NCBI RefSeq assembly: GCF_028369105.1
Contig: NZ_JAQNDO010000001.1
Span: forward strand, 2,035,711 to 2,099,710
Origin: Polyangium mundeleinium
GTDB taxonomy: Bacteria > Myxococcota_A > Polyangia > Polyangiales > Polyangiaceae
DNA length: 64,000 nucleotides
Reading direction: 5' to 3'
Both the position numbers and the translations under genes were made by a program. Numbering within the stretch: the first letter of the stretch is position 1; every line of letters starts with the position of its first letter. This document shows, in pieces, positions 1 to 15,378 of this stretch. Under the pieces are notes generated by a model, which worked only from the letters and a program-made list of their open reading frames with translations, was not told where the DNA came from and made no database searches.

Positions 1-1029
1 CGTGCCGATCGCGCCGCCTGGCCCGACGAACGTCTCCTCGACGCCCTCGGCGAGGTCCGGCGCCGTGGCCCCCGGCGAGAGCGGCGAGGCGAGCACGAGC
101 GAAGCGAGGCGATCGGCCGAGACGCGAGGCGAGAGCGGCGCGTCGTCGCGGCAGAGGATGGCGCGGCGAAAACACCGGAGCTCGAGGAGGTCGAGCTGCT
201 GCTGGACGGCGACGAGATCGTTTCCTGCCCGCGCGCGCACGGCCTCGGCGGCGGCGGGCCCGAGGCGCTCGGGGAAGACCAGCGGCACCTGGGCGTCGGT
301 GACGAAGGCGAGCCCGGCGTCTTTCATGTCGCGGGCGAAATCGGCGAAGTACTCGGCGCGGTTGTAGGCGACGAGGTGCTCGCCGAGCAGGTAATGGTCC
401 GAGAGCTCGGCGATTGTCTCGAGCTCGCTCGCGAGCCAGGCGCGTGTGGGATCGGAGCGGAGTGTCTCCGTGCCGAGGAAGCGCAAAAAGGCGCGCGCTT
501 TTTCCACGCGCTCGGCGGCCGAGCCTTCGGCGGAGACCTCGCGGCGGAGCATGTCGCGGATCGCGCCGCGCAGGTGCCAGCCGGGGAGGGTATTGAAGCT
601 GATGTACGCGAGCCCGTGGGGCGCGAGGTGGCGGCGGACGACGCGTCGAATGGCTTCGCGGGCGTCGTCGGGGACCCACGAGTAGACGCCGTGGCAGAGG
701 ATGTAATCGAAGGCGTGGGGCTCGTCCTCGAATTCGCGGATGTCGGCGAGGTGGAGCGCGACGTTGCGGAGGCGTGCGCCCTCGGCGTGTTTGCGGGCGA
801 TGGCGAGGGAGTCTTCGGCGCGGTCGAGGGCGACGAAGCGGCTCTCGGGGAAGGCGGCGGCCATGGGCAGGATGTTGCCGCCGGTGGCGGTGCCGATCTC
901 CAGGACGCGGGAGCGGGCGGGCAACGCGGGCCGGAGGCCGAAGAGGACGCCGATCGCGCCGAGGTGGTCGGGGTGCGTCTCGGCGAAGGGCAGGGCCTCG
1001 TAGAAATAATCCTCGTTCGCGACGGCCAC
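1..1029 (-). CDS. class I SAM-dependent methyltransferase (3' end beyond window start; possible MethyTransf_Reg-type C-terminal region)
   Basis: Hand translation of the minus frame (first base = 0 mod 3), which the ORF track lacks because no stop lies inside the window: ...VAVANEDYFYEALPFAETHPDHLGAIGVLFGLRPALPARSRVLEIGTATGGNILPMAAAFPESRFVALD... The LEIGTATGGN stretch is MTase motif I. A GTG at 1029 sits 8 nt after GGAGG; an in-frame ATG at 1113 is the alternative start. The listed 324..1082(-) and 376..1095(+) ORFs are wrong-frame shadows. Confidence 0.7.
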   Translation of the reverse strand, partial: MAVANEDYFYEALPFAETHPDHLGAIGVLFGLRPALPARSRVLEIGTATGGNILPMAAAFPESRFVALDRAEDSLAIARKHAEGARLRNVALHLADIREFEDEPHAFDYILCHGVYSWVPDDAREAIRRVVRRHLAPHGLAYISFNTLPGWHLRGAIRDMLRREVSAEGSAAERVEKARAFLRFLGTETLRSDPTRAWLASELETIAELSDHYLLGEHLVAYNRAEYFADFARDMKDAGLAFVTDAQVPLVFPERLGPAAAEAVRARAGNDLVAVQQQLDLLELRCFRRAILCRDDAPLSPRVSADRLASLVLASPLSPGATAPDLAEGVEETFVGPGGAIGT

Positions 1030-1137
1030 GCGCGTCCTCCGGAAGGGCGGGCCACCTTGGCGGGATCGGGGAGCGGGCGCAAGTGTTTGCCTTGAAGGGC
1101 CGATAGGCCGCATGCTGCGCGCTCGCCGGTCGCGCGT

Positions 1138-2127
1138 ATGGATGGGCTCTCGTTGATTCTGGTCGCCGTGGTCTCCGCGCTCGCGCTCGTGATCGGGGTG
1201 CTCTTGCGGTCGCGGGGGGCGCTCGCGCGGGAGCTCGGGGCCGCGCGGGAGGAAGCGCGGGCGCTGTCGAAGGCCGCCGCCGAGGCGAAGAAGGCGTTGC
1301 CGGAAGCGGAAGCGGCGGCGGAAGCGGAAGCGGAAGCGGCGGCGGAAGCGGAAGCGGAAGCGGCGGAGGCGGCGGCGGCGGCGGAAGCGGCGGCGGCGGC
1401 GGAAGCACGAGCGGACAGGTTCGAGCGCGAGCTTCAGGAGGCTCGCGCGAGTGCCGAGAAGGCGTCTGACGAGTTACGGGAGGCTCGCGCGAGCGCCGCG
1501 AAGGCGTCTGACGAGTTACGGGAGGCTCGCGCGAGCGCCGCGAAGGCGTCTGAGGAGGTCCGGGAGGCTCGCGCGAGCGCCGCGAAGGCGTCTGAGGAGG
1601 TCCGGGAGGCTCGCGCGAGCGCCGCGAAGGCGTCTGGCGAGGTCCGGGAGGCTCGCGCGAGTGCCGAGAAGGCGTCTGGCGAGTTACGGGAGGCGCAGAA
1701 GAGGTGCGAAGAGCTTGAACGGCAGCTCGCGGAGGCCCGCGACCGGACCGACGGCCGGGCGGGGGACCTCTCCGCGGCGAGTCGCCGCATTGAGGAGCTC
1801 GGCCGCGCGCTCCGGCAAGCCGAGCAGGACGCCGAGACCCTCGCGACGCAGAAGGACGCGTTCGCCGCGGAGGTGCGCGCGCTGCGGGACGAGCTGGAGC
1901 GGCGGAAGAAGGCGGCGGAGCAGGCGGCCGCGGCGGCAGCGGCGGCCGAGGGGAAGCCGCTGTCCGCGGCGCCGTCGCGAAGGCCGGGGAAGCAGGCGCC
2001 ACCGCCGGAGCCGGTGACGGCGTTCTTTTGTTTGATCTGCGGGGAAGGGAGCGCGGGGACGAAGCCGCATCGGTGCCTCGTGGAAGAGGCGGAGCTGAAG
2101 AAGAAGGCGGCGGCGGGGAAGCGGTAG
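1138..2127 (+). CDS. membrane-anchored coiled-coil protein with 6 x 14-aa tandem repeats and a C-terminal CxxC...HxC zinc-ribbon-like motif
   Basis: N-terminal TM helix (LSLILVAVVSALALVIGVLL), Ala/Glu-rich coiled coil, (EARASAxKASxExR)x6, C-terminal FFCLICGEGSAGTKPHRC. GC3-rich codons. Confidence 0.65.
   Translation: MDGLSLILVAVVSALALVIGVLLRSRGALARELGAAREEARALSKAAAEAKKALPEAEAAAEAEAEAAAEAEAEAAEAAAAAEAAAAAEARADRFERELQEARASAEKASDELREARASAAKASDELREARASAAKASEEVREARASAAKASEEVREARASAAKASGEVREARASAEKASGELREAQKRCEELERQLAEARDRTDGRAGDLSAASRRIEELGRALRQAEQDAETLATQKDAFAAEVRALRDELERRKKAAEQAAAAAAAAEGKPLSAAPSRRPGKQAPPPEPVTAFFCLICGEGSAGTKPHRCLVEEAELKKKAAAGKR
1438..1689 (+). repeat. 42-bp in-frame tandem repeat x6 inside the coiled-coil gene
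   Basis: gaggctcgcgcgagYgccgMgaaggcgtctgRMgagKtMcgg repeated head-to-tail; encodes EARASA(E/A)KAS(D/E/G)E(L/V)R. Confidence 0.85.
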
Positions 2128-2147
2128 GTGGGGCGGGGGCGGGAGGG

Positions 2148-2174
2148 GCGCGGCCCGCAGGACGAGCCTGCGGG
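2148..2174. terminator. GC hairpin between convergent genes (ggcccgcagg-acgagc-cctgcgggc)
   Basis: 8-9 bp perfect stem between the 1138..2127(+) stop and the 2186(-) stop; a near-identical hairpin lies at 5962..5990 downstream of the paralogous giant gene. Confidence 0.5.
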
Positions 2175-2185
2175 CTGCGAGGGGG

Positions 2186-4672
2186 TTACTGGAAGCTCGC
2201 CGCGCCGATGGCCTGGACGTTCGCGCTGATGCCGCCGACGGCGGCCGGCGTGGTCCAGGTGCTGCCGCTCAGGCGCGCGTGCTTGAGGGTGCCGCTTTCG
2301 CTGAAGAGCAGCTCCGCGTTCTGGCTGCCGATGCCCGGGACCACGACGGGGGGCGCGGAGACCGTGTAGTTGGCGTTCGCGACCTTCGCCGCCGCTGTGT
2401 TCCAGCCGTTCGTCCCGTTGTAGATGACGGAGTAGAGCCAGCTACTGTCGCTGGTGTTCCGGTAGACGAGGACCGCACCGTTGTTCGCGAGCGGCGCGAG
2501 TGCCGGCCGGAGGTTCGTGGTCGACTTGTCGCCGCCCGCGCCATAGCGGACGGTGAGAGGCGTCGACCAGACCCCGCCCGCGTACCGGGACCAGACGATG
2601 ATGTTGCTATACACGAACGTCATCAAGAGATCGCCGCCGCTGAGTCGGATGATGTTCGGCTGGATCGCCGTGTCTGCTGTGACCCCGCTGGTGATCGCGG
2701 CCGTCGCCCAGGAGCCGTTCGTTCGGAACTGGAAGAACACCTTGGAGGAGTCTTGTTCCGGGAACACCAGCACCGCATCACCCGTGGCGCTGCGGAGGAG
2801 CCACTCGAGGTCGTGGACCGTCGCGTCCGTCGGCGCCCCGGTCAACTGGTAGGGCGTGAGCCACTTCGACGACGACGGCGAACCGATGTGCCGGATCGTG
2901 TGGTACTTGCCCATGCCAGGGCCCGGGTGGCGGAATGCGACTTCCGCCACGGGACCGAACGCGCTGATCACGGGGTTCCCGCTCGCCTTGGGGCTCTCCG
3001 GGACATACTCGATCTCGGTCCAGGTACCGATGGTGCCGTTCCATCGGGTGAACAACAGCTCGTCGGTGCCGTAGCCGTAGCGGACGACGCCGATGGCGTG
3101 GCGTGTGGTCGTGATGGCGAGGGACGGCGTACCCACCATGACGTTGATCCCGAACGCGAACGATCCGATCGTCCAGCTCGACCCGTTGTACACAGCGCTC
3201 TGCATGCTGTACGGCGGCGAGGCCGTCCCGGATGTGACGAGCGCGAGGAGGGTCGGGCAAACCTGGCAACTCGCGCCCCCGCAATCGAGGCCCGTCTCCG
3301 TGCCGTCCTTCAAGCCGTTCTTGCACGTCGAAGACACGCAGAGGCCGCGGTCGCAGGTGTTGCTCACGCAATCGCCGTTGACCGCGCACGCCTTACCATT
3401 GCTGCAATCCGTTGCGCAGGTGCCGCCGCAGTCGACGTCGGTCTCGTCGCCGTTCATGACGCCGTCGTCGCAGGTGGCCGCCACGCAGACGCCGCCCGAG
3501 CACGCGCCCGATGGGCAGTCGTCGCCGTTGTTGCAGGTCTTCGTGAACGCGCACTTCGTGGGACAACTGCCGCCGCAATCGACGTCCCCCTCGATGCTGT
3601 TCTTCACGCCGTCGCCGCAGGTGGCCGCCTGGCACGTCCCGCCTGTGCAGACCTTCGAGACACAGTCGTCGCCGCCACCGCAGCTCTGGGCCACGCACTT
3701 ATTGCCCGAGCAGGTGCTCGTGCCGCATTCGGCGACGCTCGTGCAGTAGATGCCCGCATCGACGCACTTCACCGGGCAGTGGTGGCCGCAGTCGACGTCG
3801 CTCTCGTCGCCGTTCTTGATGCCGTCGTCGGGGCAGCAGTAGGGCCCGTTGTCGATGAGTCCGTCACAATCTTCGTCGAGCAAGGTGCAGGGCTGCTCGC
3901 GCCCCGCCGCCTGGTTCTGGTTGCAGGCGACCACGCCGCCCTCGCAAGCGGTGGTGCCGGCCGCGCAGACGCCGAGCAACCCGGTGGCGCAAGCCATGCC
4001 GCCGCCCGGGTTGCCGTCGTCCACGCTGCCGTTGCAGTCGTTGTCGAGCCCGTCGCACACCTCGGACGACGGTATCACCGTATCCGGGCATTCAACGCTC
4101 CCGCTCGAACAATCCGTGAGCCCCTGGGCGCACTCCCCTTGCTTCCCCGGCACGACGCACGGCTGCCCGTCGCACGGGGCCGACTGGCAGACCTCGTCCA
4201 GGCAATACCCCTGTGTGCAATCCCCGTCGACCACGCACGCATCGCCAGGCTCGCACTTCGGGCACTTCGCGCCGCCGCAATCGACGTCCGCCTCGTCGCC
4301 GTTCGCGACCCCGTCGCTGCACGTCGGCGCGCCGCACGCACCGTTCTGGCAAATCTTGTCCTTGCAATCGCCGGAGAGCTTGCACGACTTGCCGGTGCCG
4401 CACGGCGGACAGTCGCCGCCGCCGCAATCCACGTCCGTCTCCGTGCCATTGTACTTGTTGTCGATGGCGCACGTGGCGCCTTCGCCGCCGCCGCCGCCCA
4501 TCCCTCCGGCGCCGCCCATCCCTCCGGCTCCCCCCATTCCACCAGCGCCGCCCGCCCCGCCCGTCCCCTCGATAAGCTCGTACGGTTCGTCGTACCCGAG
4601 GACCTGCGCGCAAGCCTGCAAGGTGAACAGCCCGGCCGCCAAGCAGAGCCCGAAACCTCGACGCGATCGCAT
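2186..4672 (-). CDS. giant secreted lipoprotein (828 aa): Gly-rich linker, multiple Cys-rich repeats incl. Cu-binding_MopE-type repeats (CDGxDNDC(D/N)GxxDE), C-terminal beta-rich domain with repeated G-S-x-W-x-T motifs
   Basis: Signal/lipobox MRSRRGFGLCLAAGLFTLQAC. Repeats such as EVCDGLDNDCNGSVDDGNPGGGMAC. C-terminal 370 aa are paralogous to the C-terminus of the 5998..11949 protein. The start overlaps the upstream stop (TGATG). Confidence 0.8.
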   Translation of the reverse strand: MRSRRGFGLCLAAGLFTLQACAQVLGYDEPYELIEGTGGAGGAGGMGGAGGMGGAGGMGGGGGEGATCAIDNKYNGTETDVDCGGGDCPPCGTGKSCKLSGDCKDKICQNGACGAPTCSDGVANGDEADVDCGGAKCPKCEPGDACVVDGDCTQGYCLDEVCQSAPCDGQPCVVPGKQGECAQGLTDCSSGSVECPDTVIPSSEVCDGLDNDCNGSVDDGNPGGGMACATGLLGVCAAGTTACEGGVVACNQNQAAGREQPCTLLDEDCDGLIDNGPYCCPDDGIKNGDESDVDCGHHCPVKCVDAGIYCTSVAECGTSTCSGNKCVAQSCGGGDDCVSKVCTGGTCQAATCGDGVKNSIEGDVDCGGSCPTKCAFTKTCNNGDDCPSGACSGGVCVAATCDDGVMNGDETDVDCGGTCATDCSNGKACAVNGDCVSNTCDRGLCVSSTCKNGLKDGTETGLDCGGASCQVCPTLLALVTSGTASPPYSMQSAVYNGSSWTIGSFAFGINVMVGTPSLAITTTRHAIGVVRYGYGTDELLFTRWNGTIGTWTEIEYVPESPKASGNPVISAFGPVAEVAFRHPGPGMGKYHTIRHIGSPSSSKWLTPYQLTGAPTDATVHDLEWLLRSATGDAVLVFPEQDSSKVFFQFRTNGSWATAAITSGVTADTAIQPNIIRLSGGDLLMTFVYSNIIVWSRYAGGVWSTPLTVRYGAGGDKSTTNLRPALAPLANNGAVLVYRNTSDSSWLYSVIYNGTNGWNTAAAKVANANYTVSAPPVVVPGIGSQNAELLFSESGTLKHARLSGSTWTTPAAVGGISANVQAIGAASFQ
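3300..4500 (-). repeat. Cys-rich repeat array (MopE-like plus DCGG..C..C..G..C-type) inside the 2186..4672 gene (approximate bounds)
   Basis: Periodic Cys spacing seen in translation; the DNA is periodic at roughly 140 bp. Confidence 0.6.
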
Positions 4673-5715
4673 CAGAACGTTCCCTTCAATCCCAGCGAGA
4701 CCGCACTCGGCCCGACGTCGAAAGTCGCTGCCCGCACGCCCGTCTTGACCGGGCCTTTGGTTTCACCACCCCCGCCCATGACCACCATCACGATACCCGC
4801 CGCCACGCCGACGACGCCCACCCCGAGCCCCACCGTCGCCACGGTGGAGAGGGTCCGCCCCTGCTCCACGGCATCCATCCCGGCCTGGTTGCACTGCGTC
4901 CCCTTGCAATTCGCGTCGACGTCCGCCTTCTTCGCCACGGCGAGCCCGCCTGTCACGCCATACGTCACGAGCCCCGCGACCCCGATGCCCAGCGCGACGA
5001 ACCCCCCGGTCCGCAGCCCGCTGCCTCGGCTCGCCGGCGCGACGGGCGTTTCGGGCTCCTTGGGCTTCTCGGCGACGTTCGGCACGAGCGGCGGCGGCGG
5101 CTTCGGATTCGCCGCGGGCTCGGGCGCCGGCAACACGAGCTCCAGCGTCTTCTTTTCGCCGCGCGCGACGCTCACCTTCGTCTCGACGGCCTTTGCGCCC
5201 GGGACCTCCAGCACCACGACGTGCTCGCCGGGATCGATCGGCAATGAAATGCCGAGCATGGCGGCGCCCATCGGAGTGCCGTCGCGAAGGACCCGCGTCC
5301 CGGCGGGGGCGGCCGGAGGCAGGACGATCAAAAGCTCGGGGACCTCCTTCGAGAGCGTCTCCTTTTGCGCCGATGCTTTTTGCGCACGATCCGCTTGCTT
5401 CTTCTGTTGCTCGGGCGTCATGCGGTCGTACGCCCGCAAGTAATCCTCGTAATGGGCGACGGCCGTCGCGATGCGACCCGCGTTCATCTCGCAATAGGCG
5501 AGCGTGTACAGCGTCCCGGGGCGTGGATCGAGCCGCTGGCTCTCCGCGATGTGGGGACAGGCGACCGCGAATTGCTGCGCCTCCATCTCGGCGACGCCCT
5601 TCCGGAAGAGCGCTTCGGCCGCGGCCACGTCCTGCGCCGGTGCCTCGCGCGCCGACGCGAGCAGGCCGAGGCACACCATCCCACCCAGGATCGATCGTGC
5701 GTTCGTCATGTGCAT
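4672..5715 (-). CDS. PEGA-domain membrane protein (signal peptide, TPR-like helix pair, PEGA domain, C-terminal 2-TM/CxxxxC/aromatic-end anchor module)
   Basis: Start chosen at MHMTNARSILGGMVCLGLLASAREAPAQ (ATG 5715 or 5709, a GGTGAGA RBS-like sequence upstream); the upstream part of the listed ORF is Arg-rich junk. PEGA-like block LLIVLPPAAPAGTRVLRDGTPMGAAMLGISLPIDPGEHVVVLEVPGAKAVETKVSVARGEKKTLELVL. Ends ...GLKGTF. The stop overlaps the downstream ATG by 1 nt. Confidence 0.75.
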   Translation of the reverse strand: MHMTNARSILGGMVCLGLLASAREAPAQDVAAAEALFRKGVAEMEAQQFAVACPHIAESQRLDPRPGTLYTLAYCEMNAGRIATAVAHYEDYLRAYDRMTPEQQKKQADRAQKASAQKETLSKEVPELLIVLPPAAPAGTRVLRDGTPMGAAMLGISLPIDPGEHVVVLEVPGAKAVETKVSVARGEKKTLELVLPAPEPAANPKPPPPLVPNVAEKPKEPETPVAPASRGSGLRTGGFVALGIGVAGLVTYGVTGGLAVAKKADVDANCKGTQCNQAGMDAVEQGRTLSTVATVGLGVGVVGVAAGIVMVVMGGGGETKGPVKTGVRAATFDVGPSAVSLGLKGTF

Positions 5716-5961
5716 TCTTCTCACCGTCATCAGTCCCGCATGGAGTCGCTCGGTGCTGATGTTCCGACAGGCTTCGCCGACGGTGGGCCACGTGGCCGCG
5801 GTCGCGTGCCCCGAGAATCGGGCGTGTATGCCCACCGGCGCCCTACTCACTTTTCGAGGTTTGGGCCAAGAAACTGGCGACAGGGCCTCGTGGAGGAGGC
5901 CGAGCGGGCGATGGGGGCGGCGGTGACGGGAAGCGAGAGGGGCGCGAGGGCGGGAGAGGGC

Positions 5962-5990
5962 GGGCCCGCAGGACGAACCTGCGGGCCCGG
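5962..5990 (-). terminator. GC hairpin gggcccgcagg-acgaac-cctgcgggccc just 3' of the 5998 stop
   Basis: 11-bp perfect stem, duplicated from the 2148..2174 hairpin along with the gene 3' ends. Confidence 0.5.
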
Positions 5991-5997
5991 AGGCGGG

Positions 5998-11949
<5,952 letters not shown>

Positions 11950-12344
11950 CGAACCTCGACCTCCACTGCCCGAGCCCCATCGTCCGCGCCACGCCCGACG
12001 CGGTGCTCGCCACGCTCCGAAGGATCCAAGACGCCAGCGTGAAAGCTGCACCGTGCACGCGCCGGGGAGCTCACCGATGGGACCAGGAAGCAAGGAAAGG
12101 GAGCCACTGTGACGCATGCTACGGCACACTTGCGCACAGGTACAAGCAGATCCACACGATCGCGGCGCGGGGGATACGCTGTGCAATTTGTTACGATCCT
12201 GGAATGGGCCCCGGTGCGCGCCGGGGCAGGAGGGCGCGGGCCCAGGCTTTGCGTGTATCCGCGCGGGGGCCCGAGAGGCCGTGTTCCGAGACAACCTCGC
12301 GGGCTCGCGGCGGATAACGTTGCGGCGCGCGGTCGGTCCACGAT

Positions 12345-14282
12345 ATGTGGATGAGAAACATCATGAACACGAGATGGACAGGGCTCTTCACGTCGATCCT
12401 CACGGGTGTGCTCGGCGCCGGCTCGATGGGCTGCGAGCTCGTGGCAAACGTGGATCGAAGCCAGATCGACCAGAATCCACCCGGCTCGGAGGTCGTCTGC
12501 GGGGACGGGACCCTCGCCACGAGCGAAGCCTGCGACGATGGCAACACGGCGGCCGGTGACGGCTGTTCGGGCACGTGCGTGGTCGAGGACGGGTTCGCGT
12601 GCACCGGGACGCCGAGCGCGTGCGCCGACGTGGACGAGTGCGCGGCGGGTACGGACGACTGCGATGAAAACGCGACCTGCACGAACGCGGAGGGCTCGTT
12701 CACCTGCGCGTGCAAGGCGGGGTTCACGGGCGACGGCGCGACGTGCACGAACGTGGACGAGTGCACGGATGGCACGGCCAACTGCGGCGCAAACGCGACG
12801 TGCGCGGATACGCCCGGCTCGTTCACGTGCACCTGCGACACCGGGTACACCGGCGACGGCGTGACGTGTACGAACGCCGACGAGTGTGCCGATGGCACGA
12901 ACAACTGTGACGCGAACGCGACGTGCACGGATACGGTCGGCTCGTTCGTCTGCGCGTGCAACGCGGGATTCTCGGGCGACGGCGTGACGTGCACGAACGA
13001 TGACGAGTGCATGCTCGGCATCGACAACTGCGACGCAAACGCGACGTGCATGGATACGCCCGGCTCGTTCGCCTGCGTCTGCAACGTGGGCTACATGGGC
13101 GACGGGCTTTCGTGCACGAACGCCGACGAGTGCATGCTCGGGATGGATAACTGCGACGCGAACGCGACGTGCACGGACACGGTCGGCTCGTTCGTCTGCG
13201 CGTGCAACGCGGGGTTCTCGGGCGACGGCGTGACGTGCACGAACGATGACGAGTGCATGCTCGGCATCGACAACTGCGGCGCGAACGCGACGTGCATGGA
13301 CACGCCCGGCTCGTTCGCCTGCGCCTGCAACACGGGATATGCGGGCGACGGCGTGACGTGCACGAACGTCGACGAGTGCATGCTCGGGACGGACAACTGC
13401 AGCGCGGACGCGACGTGCACGGACACGGTCGGCTCGTTCGTCTGCGCGTGCAACGCGGGGTTCTCGGGCGACGGCGTGACGTGCACGAACGACGACGAGT
13501 GCGCGCTCGGCATCGACGACTGCAGCGCGAACGCGACGTGCACGGATACGCCCGGCTCGTTTACCTGCGCCTGCAACGCGGGGTATGAAGGCGACGGCGT
13601 GACCTGCACGCTGCTGCCGGCGAGCTGCAAGGCGATCAAAGCCGCGACGCCCGCCGCGACCGACGGCGACTATGTCATCGATCCGGACGGCACCGGCCCC
13701 ACGCCTTCGTTTACCGTGCGTTGCGACATGACCACGGCGGGCGGCGGCTTCACGCTCGTCTTCAACGACGGCCCCTCGTTCGACCCGAGCCTCGTCGGCG
13801 CGGGCGCGGAGACCGGGTACACGACGAACTACGTGAACAGCGCGTACGCGACGGTGCCGATCACGGCCGACGTGCTGCTCGACGCCTCCGACACGGCGAT
13901 CAGCGCGAACGATCAGGAAGTGCGGACCCTCATCGCGGGGCTCCCGGCGGCGACGCTCGGTCAAACGATGCGTGAGCTCTTCGCCGCGGGCGGGCCGTTT
14001 TATTTCGACGCGGAGGACAACGCCAACGTGACGAACACGTTCGCCGGCGGCGTCACCTGCGGGACGCTCGCGAAGTGGGACGACTACCGGAGCATTCTCT
14101 GCGGCACGTCGGTGCTCGTGGCGCGTGATCCGTCGGGCCCGTCCTGCCCCGGAACGACGTTCGCGTTTGGCATCGATACGAGTTACAGCACCGCGCTCGA
14201 CAACTGCGCCGGCTGGCCGCAAGCGCCGAACGAGAGCGGGACGAACTACTTCCCGGACAACGTCCGCGTCTGGGTGCGCTGA
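12345..14282 (+). CDS. secreted protein: Myxococcus Cys-rich repeat (TIGR02232-like) + 8 calcium-binding EGF-like domains + C-terminal fibrinogen-related domain
   Basis: Signal/lipobox ...GVLGAGSMGC; CGDGTLATSEACDDGNTAAGDGCSGTC; 8 x (D.DEC..G.DNC..NA.C.DT.GSF.C.C..GF.GDG.TC); FTVRCDMTTAGGGFTLVF matches the fibrinogen C-terminal signature (vyCDM...GGGWTV). Confidence 0.85.
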   Translation: MWMRNIMNTRWTGLFTSILTGVLGAGSMGCELVANVDRSQIDQNPPGSEVVCGDGTLATSEACDDGNTAAGDGCSGTCVVEDGFACTGTPSACADVDECAAGTDDCDENATCTNAEGSFTCACKAGFTGDGATCTNVDECTDGTANCGANATCADTPGSFTCTCDTGYTGDGVTCTNADECADGTNNCDANATCTDTVGSFVCACNAGFSGDGVTCTNDDECMLGIDNCDANATCMDTPGSFACVCNVGYMGDGLSCTNADECMLGMDNCDANATCTDTVGSFVCACNAGFSGDGVTCTNDDECMLGIDNCGANATCMDTPGSFACACNTGYAGDGVTCTNVDECMLGTDNCSADATCTDTVGSFVCACNAGFSGDGVTCTNDDECALGIDDCSANATCTDTPGSFTCACNAGYEGDGVTCTLLPASCKAIKAATPAATDGDYVIDPDGTGPTPSFTVRCDMTTAGGGFTLVFNDGPSFDPSLVGAGAETGYTTNYVNSAYATVPITADVLLDASDTAISANDQEVRTLIAGLPAATLGQTMRELFAAGGPFYFDAEDNANVTNTFAGGVTCGTLAKWDDYRSILCGTSVLVARDPSGPSCPGTTFAFGIDTSYSTALDNCAGWPQAPNESGTNYFPDNVRVWVR

Positions 14283-14287
14283 GCGAC

Positions 14288-14330
14288 GCCCGCCCCCCTC
14301 CACGCTCGCCGCGCGGGGGAGGGGGGCGTT
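14288..14330. terminator. bidirectional hairpin between convergent genes (cgcccccctcc ... ggaggggggcg, 11-bp perfect stem, then ttt)
   Basis: Seen directly in the 59-bp gap between the 14282(+) and 14341(-) stops. Confidence 0.6.
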
Positions 14331-14340
14331 TCACGCGGTG

Positions 14341-15378
14341 CTAGAAGCTCCAATCGATTTCGACGCCGCCCCTGCCCGGGCTCGCCGCGGCGTTCACGCG
14401 CAACCGAGGCTCCGTCGAACCGAATTTCGAGGGCGGGGGCTCCGTGAGATACAGAATGACGCCGGCCGCCAGGGCGCCGAGGCCGACAGGCAGAGTGACA
14501 CTGCTGACGATCCCGGTGATTGCCGCGGTGTCCTTGGCGCCCTCTCCGGTCGGATTGCAGATCCTGCCGCTGCAATTCTTTTCGATGGGCTCCTTCTGCG
14601 CCCAGGTGACGACCCCCGTCACGATACCGCCGAGGATGCCGACGGCGCCCACGCCGCCGAGCGTGTAGGCCATGACGCGGCGCCCCGAGATCCCCGGGTC
14701 GAGCGCCGGCATCATCGAAGGCACGGGTTGCAGGGGTTTCGCCTTTTTGGTGGGATCCCCGGACTCGGTCGCCGGCGGCATGGTCACGTTGACCACCTGG
14801 TTCTCCCCTTCCTTCACGCTGAACTTCGTGAACGAGGAGGGACGGCCCGGGATCTCGGTCGTGAGCACGTGCTCGCCGGGGTCGATCGGGAGGGGGATGC
14901 CAATGGCCAGCGGGATGAGCGGGCCTCCGTCGAGCGGCTTGCGGAGCACACGCGTCGTCCCCGGGGCGTCACGCGGGACGCGCAAAATGACCTTGGGGAG
15001 CCGCTTTTCGAGCTCCTGCCGGCGCGCCGATGCGGTCTCCTCGTTGTCGCGCTCCGCCTTTTGCTCGAGGTCCGAGAGCTGCCCGAACGCGTTGAGGTAA
15101 TCGTCGTAGTGCACGGCCGCCGTCGCGATGCGGCCCCACTTGTCGTAACACGTGGCGAGCCAGAAGAGCGTGGATGCGCGCGGATCGTCGCGGTAGGCCG
15201 CCTTGAACGCGGGGCAGGCCGTCACGAAGTTCCCGGCGTCCATCTCCGCACGCGCCGTCTGCACCGCGACCTGCGACGCTCCCGCTTGCGGCGCGCCTGC
15301 CGCGGGCTCGTCCGCCAGGGCACGCCCGGTCATCGTGCAGAGAGCGACGCCTGCGAGAATCAGCGATACGAGACGCAT
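14341..15378 (-). CDS. PEGA-domain membrane protein, paralog of 4672..5715 (same architecture and C-terminal anchor module)
   Basis: Signal MRLVSLILAGVALCTMTGRALA, ACPAFKAAY...TLFWLATCY, PEGA block, TM - NCSGRIC - TM - ...EIDWSF end. Confidence 0.75.
   Translation of the reverse strand: MRLVSLILAGVALCTMTGRALADEPAAGAPQAGASQVAVQTARAEMDAGNFVTACPAFKAAYRDDPRASTLFWLATCYDKWGRIATAAVHYDDYLNAFGQLSDLEQKAERDNEETASARRQELEKRLPKVILRVPRDAPGTTRVLRKPLDGGPLIPLAIGIPLPIDPGEHVLTTEIPGRPSSFTKFSVKEGENQVVNVTMPPATESGDPTKKAKPLQPVPSMMPALDPGISGRRVMAYTLGGVGAVGILGGIVTGVVTWAQKEPIEKNCSGRICNPTGEGAKDTAAITGIVSSVTLPVGLGALAAGVILYLTEPPPSKFGSTEPRLRVNAAASPGRGGVEIDWSF

Noticed and set aside
324-1095. Listed ORFs 324..1082(-) and 376..1095(+).
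   Set aside because: Hand translation shows the real methyltransferase is in a third minus frame that runs off the window and was therefore absent from the track.
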